This document shows positions 1 to 7,339 of a stretch of 7,943 nucleotides of DNA, piece by piece (position 1 is the stretch's first letter; the number at the start of each line of letters is the position of its first letter). The notes under the pieces are model-generated. The model ran no database searches. It had not been told where the DNA came from and worked only from the letters and a program-made list of their open reading frames with translations. The stretch is from NCBI RefSeq assembly GCF_000143415.4, contig NW_003314349.1:1-7943 (forward strand), written 5' to 3'. This DNA is from Selaginella moellendorffii (lineage: Eukaryota; Plantae; Lycopodiophyta). The position numbers and the translations under genes were made by a program.

Positions 1-1
1 T

Positions 2-3000
2 AGGAAGGTGTTGGACGATCAGAACATCCGGTTCTATGCCGTCTCCGGGCAGCATTCTAGCTTGGCGATGCAACAGATAGTTGTGGATATTATGGTGGGC
101 GAGGAGGTGAAGAAAGTCTTCAAGACAAGAGTTGTCCGCCTGATAAAAGGCAACTCGCCCCTCCGATCTATCATATACATCTCCCACGCGCAGAATGTCA
201 AGCAAGAAACGTGCTACAAATCGGGTCTGCACGAGACATTGGCACGAACACGGAAGCTCTGGGTTCAACTGAAGAAGCCACAAAAACCAGGACAAGGACG
301 TGCACTAGCAACTAGCGCCTGGCAGGTAAGCCTCGTTGCATGTGGCATAGCATGTGGCCTCACGCCATTTCCATTGCAGGAATTCTCGAGTCTTCTCTCG
401 AAAACACTGGGGGTCAATGACACACTCAGCATCCATAACATTCTACTCGCGACAAAAGTTGTTTTTGACAAATGGGTAGATGTGCTAAGGAGGTACCATG
501 ACGGGGAGTTGCTAAACTCAATGGGTGTGGAGGACGGCCGGAAGCCCAATGATTTGAAGCTCAATGCCTTGCGTTTCTCGCGGTCTCTAGACGACGACGA
601 CCTTCTGACAGTGGCTAATGCTCTTCTACTTGGTGAGGTAGTCTTCAACAAGACCAAAATGACTCCCGGCCATATTGTGACATACGAGGACTTGTGCACG
701 ACTCTGAGAGCTCGTGCGCTATTGAAGGATTGGATCTTCGAGCAAGTGGCCGTGGCGAGGGTGAGCATCGACACCACGCAAGAGATGATGGAAGAGCTGG
801 ACTTGTCAAATGAAGACATCGACGAGTACGTGAAGGGGGCCCCCAAGTTCATCGATCTGCTGCGGGATGCCACGAAAAGTAAAGCTGAGAAGTTGGATCA
901 GTATCCAAATTTCATTAAGAGGGATGTCGACCGCCGGCTTCAGAAACAGCTCGACCCCGCAGCAGAGGCCTATCGAGAACCTTACCGGGTATACGTGAAT
1001 TCGGATGAGGATCAAAGGTGGAGGAGCATCGTTTCCCGCGGAGATGAGCAGGTCAAGAACATCTTTTGTGTGATGGACTTCACAAACGAGGAGATCACTC
1101 ATGCAGACGAAGTCAGCTCCATCATTGACTTAATGGTGGGACTTGCGGAGGTGGAATCTTCAGTCCACTATATAATCTACGACTCCGAATCCTATCACAA
1201 GTTCTGGAAGGCCTTGAACGAGGTGAAGGCTCGGTTGAAAGGCAAGGAGATGCGGGAGATCCATGGGATAATGGCTAAGAAGAAGATACCGACGAATGTC
1301 CGCATCTTCACAGTCGCCCTTGTTATTGGTCCTGCAGCAGAGTGGGACTGGAGTGACTTCCCAGCTTCGTTCAACAAAGCCGATCGAATTGATCTGAGGG
1401 AGGTCAATTTACCCGTGCCTGAGGAACTGAAGACGGCTATGGAGCTTTCGAATCCAAAGAAAGCTCCAGGTGCAGCATGGGAAATGCTCAGCTGGGTCTT
1501 CAACGCAATAGCGGGTGACTCCAAGGGCAAATGCGTTGTCGAGTACAACTGCAGCGGACTATTCTTTCGAGCCGCACTACTCAAGGGTGTCCCGTGTGTT
1601 NNNNNNNNNNNNNNNNNNNNNNNNNNNNNNNNNNNNNNNNNNNNNNNNNNNNNNNNNNNNNNNNNNNNNNNNNNNNNNNNNNNNNNNNNNNNNNNNNNNN
1701 ACCTGGTGAGTACGCACTTTAAGTTTAAATGTTATCTCACAAGCTCTGTATGCAGGAGCGTGGCACCCCCAGATGCTGAAACGGCGTTAACAGCTACTGA
1801 TGTTAGGCCGAGGTCACAACCTGCACAAGGTAAGGTCACGTGAGGCCTCACGCCATTTTGATTATAGATCGTTGTGAATATTCAGACACGAGGACTGAAA
1901 AGCGCACTGGTGGCGCGTCGAAGAAGGACAAACAGACAAGCAATAGGAAAAAAGGAGGTACAAATTATATTTGCAATGGCGTGTGGTCTCATGCCATTCC
2001 TTGCAAGAGACACTTCTTCAAAGGCAAAACAGGCAAGCACCAGCCAAGCTCAAACTGACAGTGGTCATAAAAAGCGAAAGCACGTTGGACAGTCGTCGGG
2101 ATCAGAGGCGTTTGATTCGAAAAGGAAGAAGGGCAACGAAAAGATGATAGGTAATGCCTCGCGGTTATGGCGTGTGTGCTCATGCCATTCATTGCAGATC
2201 AAGGGCTGAGTGAAAGGAGCCAGTCACCACCTTCTGACTCAGATTCCTATGGCGGACTCCCCTTCCCCAATCTCAATGGAGAGGTACAATGGATGAGGGA
2301 TGCTTTTCAAGTCAGGGCCACGTTTTTCTCATCTCGTCATCTTCGAAGGGTGCAAGAACGTGCAGAAACCATGTTAAGACAGTCGGGTGAGGATACGGTC
2401 CTAGGTCACGCACTAAAACAGGCTATGGATGTCTTGTATTTTGAGATGGAGACTCGGCCAGATGATTTTTCCAAGATGGTCCTGGAAAAACAAGCAATCC
2501 AGCCTGAGCAGCCTATGGAAGAAATGCAAGAGGGGGATGAGGAGCCAGAGAAAGATAATGAGCAGGAAGAGCAGAAGGACGAAGAGGAGGACGAAGAAGA
2601 GGAGGACGAAGAAGAGGAGGACGAAGAGGACTTGGATGGTCCTCACAATGGTGACGATCACAATAACGACGATGACGATGATGACGATGATGGCCAGCTT
2701 GAGGTGGCCAAAGAGCAGCGGAGGAAGGTCATACAAGACAAACCATCAGGTAAATAATAGTACATCCATTCCTAACCTTTTACCATTTCTAACATTGTCC
2801 ATGTAGGTCGCAGAAGAAATGGTAAGTAGAGATTATTCAGTTGAATTAAGATACAAACTCTAGCCTTTAGTGTCGAGGAAGGATAGTGCCAAGCAAGGGT
2901 CGAAACGTATGTCCAATCCTTCAGAATCAGCAGTGCGCCCAAGTGATATCGGTCCTAGTTCCTCAATAGCAGTTGATGGTAAATACAGTATAGTCGATTC

Positions 3001-4511
3001 AATGTGCTAATGAGTTTGTTTTTAGTAGCACGGGAGGATACCATCTCAATCGAAGGGAGATATTTGGACATGCATATGGATCCGCCAGTGGACTCTACTT
3101 GCCTGCAAGAGTCATCAGAGCTGGTGGAGGCTACTATCCATATCAACGCCAAGCAAGCTGACCACGCTCCACTTGATGCTGCCCATACCACTGAGTCAAT
3201 CTTGTCCACGTATCCAACTGACGGTGACCAGGCGCCATTGGACCCGCATGAGGCCACCCCAGCCGCCGAGCCAGTCGTATCCTCATTTCCAACGTGTGCC
3301 CAATCGTCTGACTATGCGCCGTTGGAACCTCCCTACACCGCCCCTGCTGCCTGTTCGGTCATGTCCACTTTGCCAACGGAGGCACCAGCTGAAATGGCGT
3401 GTGATCACACGCCATCGGAACCACCCCATGCCACTGTTGAGCCAGTTGTACCAGAGTCTACAGCTGAAATGGCATGTGCCCACACGCCATCGGATGCGAT
3501 TGACCCCACATTGCAGAGGAGAGTATTTCCGCCCTTCACGTTTCCTCGACCAAAACCCTCTGAACGACCATCGGGAGCACCATTCGCTAATATTGTAGAT
3601 GGTAAAATTGACTTGTACCATTTTTTATGCTAACGCATTTCATTTCAGAGTCACGGCGAAAGTACTGTATCGTTTTTGATCTGAACGGTGTCCTTTTCTC
3701 CCATGAGCGTGGCTCGTCCTCGAATGTCACTGCACCCTCCAAAGCCTGCGGTCGCAAGTTGGTCAAAAGAGACAGATTCACATTAATCACACGGGAGAAA
3801 CTGCGGGATCTAATAATGACCATGCGACACTTAAAACAGAGGGCCGGGTTCAATTTGCAATTGGGAGTTTGGACATCCATGATGCGCCACAATGCATTAA
3901 CGTTGCTACAGATGATGCACGATCAGACGCGAGTAATATTACCATTTGACTTTCTCCTAACGCAGGAGGATTGCTTGACTATGGTCCATGTGAGGGGTAG
4001 CAAGCCCATCTTCGTCAAGGCAGAGGCTGTAGTGATGAACCGGACTGCTAGGTCAAGTGAAATCCTCATCATCGATGACTCGCCGATTAAAACTGCAGCG
4101 AACACGCACACATATGCAGTGCACCCCATCTCTTGCAGTATGGAAACTAGGGAGAAGAAACCGTATGTTCTGGGGGACCTTGCAAAACGGCTTGAAGCGA
4201 TGGTGATAGAGAACCGGCCAGTCCAGGAGGTGGCTGCAGAAATCAACCAAATGGCAGATGGAACGGTATATCAAAAGCCATTTGATCGGACAGACACCAG
4301 TCATCATTTATGGCATGTATATTGTCTAGCCAAGCACTATCCGCATCTCCATAATCTGCTCAACCGGATGGGTTCTTCGACCACTGAACATGAGCGTGGA
4401 CGTATTAGAGAAGAGATGGCATTACTATTGGGTTTAAATCCTGATAGTGTGGAGAGTGATGAAATTCCAAGATTATTGTATAGGCGTTGGAGGCAAAAAA
4501 TAACAGTCTGA
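2..4511 (+). CDS. Large spliced gene, 5'-partial, >=1300 aa if both sides of the gap are one gene: ParB-like + degenerate DNA MTase-like + acidic/low-complexity linker + FCP1/NIF HAD phosphatase-like domain. Exons: <2-325, 380-[gap]-1705, 1756-1829, 1886-1957, 2010-2150, 2198-2749, 2807-2821, 2871-2978, 3026-3601, 3649-4511
   Basis: Manual splicing at GT..AG introns 326-379, 1706-1755, 1830-1885, 1958-2009, 2151-2197, 2750-2806, 2822-2870, 2979-3025 and 3602-3648 joins the separate ORFs into one stop-free frame. The post-gap exons sum to 2406 nt (802 codons), ending at TGA 4509-4511. Branch-point-like CTAAC/CTAAT/CTCAY motifs are present in most introns. Continuity across the N gap is unproven. 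Confidence 0.75.
20..265 (+). other. ParB/Sulfiredoxin-like N-terminal domain (partial)
   Basis: FYAVSGQHSSLA resembles the ParB/Srx hhhdGxHRxxA motif. It is followed by a beta strand (RVVRLI) and a helix ending in Asn (IIYISHAQN), like ParB 'ialxEN'. Recognised by eye only. Confidence 0.55.
977..1600 (+). other. Degenerate beta-class (N4C/N6A) DNA methyltransferase-like Rossmann domain, likely inactive; truncated by the gap
   Basis: IFCVMDFTN (D at 1076) sits where 'liitDPPY' would be. The C-terminal KGKCVVEYNCSGLFFRAALLKGVPCV parallels 'GdxVlDpFxGSGttxxAAxxxGRxxi'. The motif IV-before-motif I order is that of the beta class. Both key motifs are eroded. Confidence 0.4.
1601..1700. other. 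Assembly gap (100 N placeholder, true size unknown)
   Basis: Run of exactly 100 N. Confidence 0.98.
2515..2690 (+). repeat. Low-complexity GAR/GAY repeat encoding a Glu/Asp-rich acidic tract
   Basis: Tandem GAGGACGAAGAAGAG units and GATGAC runs; translation EEQKDEEEDEEEEDEEEEDEED...DDDDDDDD. Confidence 0.9.
3159..3500 (+). repeat. About five degenerate coding tandem repeats (D-H/Q/Y-A/T-P-L/S-D/E-P... units, 22-31 aa)
   Basis: DHAPLDAAHT, DQAPLDPHEATPAAEPVVSSFPT, DYAPLEPPYTAPAACSVMSTLPT, AEMACDHTPSEPPHATVEPVV, AEMACAHTPSD. Confidence 0.8.
3649..4511 (+). CDS. Terminal exon: FCP1/NIF (HAD superfamily) phosphatase-like domain, DLNG subtype
   Basis: HAD motif I CIVFDLNGVL (D at 3678), motif II LGVWTSM (W at 3870), motif III Lys in PIFVK and motif IV ILIIDDSPIK (DD at 4074-4079), in the order and spacing of NIF/FCP1-like domains. 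Confidence 0.85.
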
Positions 4512-5629
4512 GATGGCATGTATTTATTTAAAAATGTAACTTATTATGGCATGGGGTTCCATGCCATTGTATTAATATTAAAAGACAATTCTTTGAGAGG
4601 ATTTGCATTATACTAGAAGTGTTACAGCATGTTATTGGAAGTCTACGAAGTTGTTTTATTAATAAGGGGAAAGTAAAGATTGAATGGGGACTTGGGCTCC
4701 ACCTAGACTCGGAGCAACTGAGCCAATATTAAAAGGATGGAAAGAAATTGGACGACAATGACAAGGAGAAGAGAGAGGTGAAGCAGTGAGAAGTGATTGA
4801 GTAGACATTTCCTTGTTTAAAATAAAATGGCATGTGCCTCAATGCAGTTGAATTTTGTTATATTTATATACTATATAAAGGTTTGGAAACCTTATTTTAC
4901 AAGTGGGATAATGACAATTCCCACTTTAACGAAATAGAGCTTGGTCCAGGAACCAGTTTTGAAGGGACTCTCCAGTTGGGCTTCCAAACCGACTTGAGGT
5001 TGGGACTGGGACTAAGGGGCCTTGGGTGGGAGTGAGCATGGACTTGGCTGGTGCCGGAGGGGCCATCCAAGGAAGTGCTCAAGAGCAGCTCCCACTCCCG
5101 AAAGGGAAACCGATTGCGGTGCTCCCGGCTCATGTGGAGTGGTGCCCCACTTGAGTACCATGCGGCTCATTGGTCCTCGCCCTTCCTAGGGGCTTGGGCC
5201 TTCCTTCGGGACGGAAGTGGGGGGCGAGAGGTACCCATACCGGGCCGTTAGGCCACGGTGTTTCGCCCCGGCGTCCCGAAGCAAGTGTTGCACTCAAGAC
5301 TTGGGATTTAGAGGGTCCCATGATCAAGTCTTGTGGTACCAAGGGATGTTAGGAACCTGGAAGCTTGGTGTGCTTGGCTGCTTGTGCTTGCGGGGAGTGT
5401 AGCCGAACCTTAAGTCCAGTCTAACCCGGGGAGGGGGATTGGGAGTGATTTGGGAATCCGTGGAAGGATGGCTAACACTCCGTTGCTCGTGCAGTGAGTA
5501 GCTGAAACCAAGTAGGAGTTGGTACCATAGGCGAGAACCTTGGCAAGGGAACTTAGCAAAAGCCAAGGCAGTGTTGGACGGATAGACGAGGTAAGCTGGC
5601 AAATTGGAAAGGAAAAATTTGTGGCTTAC

Positions 5630-5911
5630 AGAGTCCGATTGCTTAGGTTTAGCTAGTTTAGCCACCTCATCTTCTTTCTTCCTCTTCTTGTTCTCCTTCT
5701 TCAATTTATGAATTTCCCTTCGCAAATTCTCAATCTCGACTTCCTGAGCCGTACACTGCAGCGCCACAGCATTTGGCTCTTCCTCTTTTGACTCAGCTTC
5801 AGCCTCTTCCGCAACATCTCTAGTAGGAGTTTCCTCCTCTTGATTCACCTGTCTAGAGGTTTCAGCATCATCAGTATGGTTCCTTTTCACCATTTCGCTA
5901 GCTGCATGCAT
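5630..5911 (-). pseudogene. Truncated gag-like N-terminal fragment (acidic segment + coiled coil) of the minus-strand retroelement
   Basis: ATGs at 5911/5893 lie ~170-190 nt downstream of the PBS. The translation MVKRNHTDDAETSRQVNQEEE...EVEIENLRREIHKLKKENKKRKKE then loses coding character. There is no recognisable capsid, zinc-knuckle or pol motif, so the assignment is positional. Confidence 0.4.
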
Positions 5912-6072
5912 ACGTCTATCAATAATTGAACATGCATACAACGTTCTTACCGAATGGTGCAATCCCACTAATTCTACACAGGTCGCTTCAGATTTACTAG
6001 AAAAGTCTCTGGGTATGCAACTTGAGTTAGAAAATTCAACAAAAGTTGGATAGAAATCATTGAGACAATTTG

Positions 6073-6082
6073 TCTGATACCA
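6073..6082 (-). mobile_element. LTR-retrotransposon primer binding site (tRNA-iMet type)
   Basis: The minus strand reads ...CTACA-TT-TGGTATCAGA: a canonical LTR 3' end (CA), a 2-nt spacer and the plant iMet PBS core TGGTATCAGA. Confidence 0.75.
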
Positions 6083-6084
6083 AA

Positions 6085-6410
6085 TGTAGTGCACTTGAAT
6101 TTGGAGCTGAACTCCAAGCCTGTTGCACTACGAAACGAGGGTCCGGTACAATGCCATGAGCACCAGCTCCTCGTATCTAGCACCTGCACGCAAAATGGTG
6201 TTAGACGGAGTCTGGCACAATTTTGGCATACCGGTGGCCTAACGCGAGAAGGAGGGTACCCCACTGACTAGACCAGTGTGGAGCTTGGGCTTAGACCCAA
6301 GCCGAACGCAAAACAAGGAGAGACACAACCTAGAGAAAGCCAAACTAATGTCTCAAGTGGTCAGACATACATTCCAACCACTATCACTATTTACATTTTG
6401 GAACCCCCCA
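6085..6410 (-). mobile_element. Putative LTR (~310-325 bp); right boundary at 6395 or 6410
   Basis: The left edge is fixed by the adjacent PBS. The right edge is inferred from TGTA...TACA termini (6085/6395), or from the minus-strand TG at 6410 just after a G-run PPT-like tract. No second copy is in the window to confirm it. Confidence 0.5.
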
Positions 6411-6413
6411 TAT

Positions 6414-6434
6414 CCCCCCCCCCCCCCCCCCCCC
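6414..6434 (-). repeat. G21 homopolymer on the minus strand (C21 on plus); PPT-like, G-quadruplex-capable
   Basis: 21 consecutive C, with a further C6 run at 6404-6409. Confidence 0.85.
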
Positions 6435-7030
6435 TGAGGAACACACACTTCTAGCTTTCACCCCAAGCCTCCTTTAGTACCAGGAGTTAGTCTCTGGAAC
6501 AACCTTGAAACTTACTAAATATGGAATGTCTCTAGATTGCGAATTTAGACACGGGATGAACACCATTGTGTTCAAGCTGACCTCTACATTCCGTAGATAT
6601 GCCGAACAAATGAATCTAGACACTTTCCATAAATAGCACTTGGGACCGAAATGAGACTAACACAAAGGGCATGATAGTGAGGGTGTTTAGCAAATACGGT
6701 AAGCTATCATTTAGTGAATATTGAGGGACTAGTCTCAATATCACGGGGGTTCCCAACACTAGCAAGTGCAAGCCAACATCATGAGTTTCTCGTCACCGTG
6801 TCAAGTATGCTTGACTTAATGACAACTTAGGATTTCCTTCCTTAGTGCCCTTTTGGTCTAAGTGCACATGTGTTGACCAGTTTCTCAACTAACTTGGGCA
6901 GAGACCATAAAGGGAACTAGCAATACTGACCTCCTGCCATGGTGGCAGTAAAGAGAGAGTGTCTGTAAGGACTAGCCGACAAGTATTTTTTGATACCTGA
7001 AGTCATATTTGCGATAAACTTGCTCTCAGA

Positions 7031-7243
7031 CCCGACCTCAAACTTGCTATTGGGCCCAACCTTGGACTCACTCTCAGACCCAACCTTGGACTCACTCTTG
7101 AACCCAACCTTGGACTCACTCTTGAACCCGACCTTGGACTCAGTCTAGAACTCGGTCTTGGACTAGGTCTTGGACTCAGTCTGGGACTTGATCTCAGACT
7201 CTGTTTTGAATTTAGTCTCAAAATCAGTTTCGGATTCAGTCTT
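7031..7243. repeat. Minisatellite, ~9 units of 24 bp built from 12-bp subunits (CCCAACCTTGGA-CTCACTCTTGAA)
   Basis: Unit starts at 7031, 7055, 7079, 7103, 7127, 7151, 7175, 7199 and 7223. Units 7079 and 7103 are identical; the flanking units are degenerate. Confidence 0.9.
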
Positions 7244-7339
7244 ATTTGATGAACTCTTTATCATTCCGGTCATGGCTTTAGGGATCCTTTAGCATACAAT
7301 ACCATTGGGGAGTTGGTTCCTTATATATTAATCTTCTCT

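Larger units (their letters stand above)
347..4567. repeat. Dispersed 22-bp palindrome family ATGGCRTG-N6-CAYGCCAT: copies at 347-368, 1835-1856, 1976-1997, 2167-2188, 3394-3415, 3469-3490, 4546-4567
   Basis: atagcatg-tggcct-cacgccat; gtcacgtg-aggcct-cacgccat; atggcgtg-tggtct-catgccat; atggcgtg-tgtgct-catgccat; atggcgtg-tgatca-cacgccat; atggcatg-tgccca-cacgccat; atggcatg-gggttc-catgccat. A decayed copy lies at 4827-4848, and left half-sites at 4310 and 4513. Confidence 0.92.

Noticed and set aside
8-1843. The 611-aa ORF as a complete prokaryote-style gene
   Set aside because: The frame is open to the window edge, and the ORF reads through an in-frame intron, the N gap and a second intron. 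Its stop lies inside intron 3.
265-4519. Minus-strand and alternate-frame ORFs (e.g. 265-873, 1195-1584, 2413-2736, 2429-2806, 3173-3598)
   Set aside because: These are shadows of the + strand gene. The hydrophobic and Arg/Lys-rich ones are just other readings of the acidic repeat.
347-4567. CRISPR array or bacterial REP/terminator interpretation of the palindromes
   Set aside because: Spacing is irregular (75 to ~1500 bp), copies sit inside introns and exons, there are no U-tails or cas genes, and the context is eukaryotic.
4546-4616. Helitron 3' end (hairpin + CTAG)
   Set aside because: The CTAG at 4613-4616 is ~45 nt from the hairpin rather than about 10-15 nt, and the hairpin is one of many copies.
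4832-5402. Cluster of short overlapping ORFs in a GC-rich patch
   Set aside because: They have no recognisable motifs or consistent splice pattern and are probably degenerate repeat sequence.
5347-5477. TGTTAG...CTAACA-bounded 131-bp segment as a solo LTR or MITE
   Set aside because: There is no target-site duplication (AGGGA vs CTCCG), and a 6-bp inverted match can arise by chance.
5324-6094. 256-aa minus-strand ORF as an intact gene
   Set aside because: It starts inside the putative LTR, reads through the PBS (IWYQ) and ends in non-coding-like sequence. Only the central part looks protein-like.
6283-6302. GCTTGGG-N6-CCCAAGC hairpin as a member of the palindrome family
   Set aside because: It has the same spacer length but unrelated arms, and it is a single short instance.
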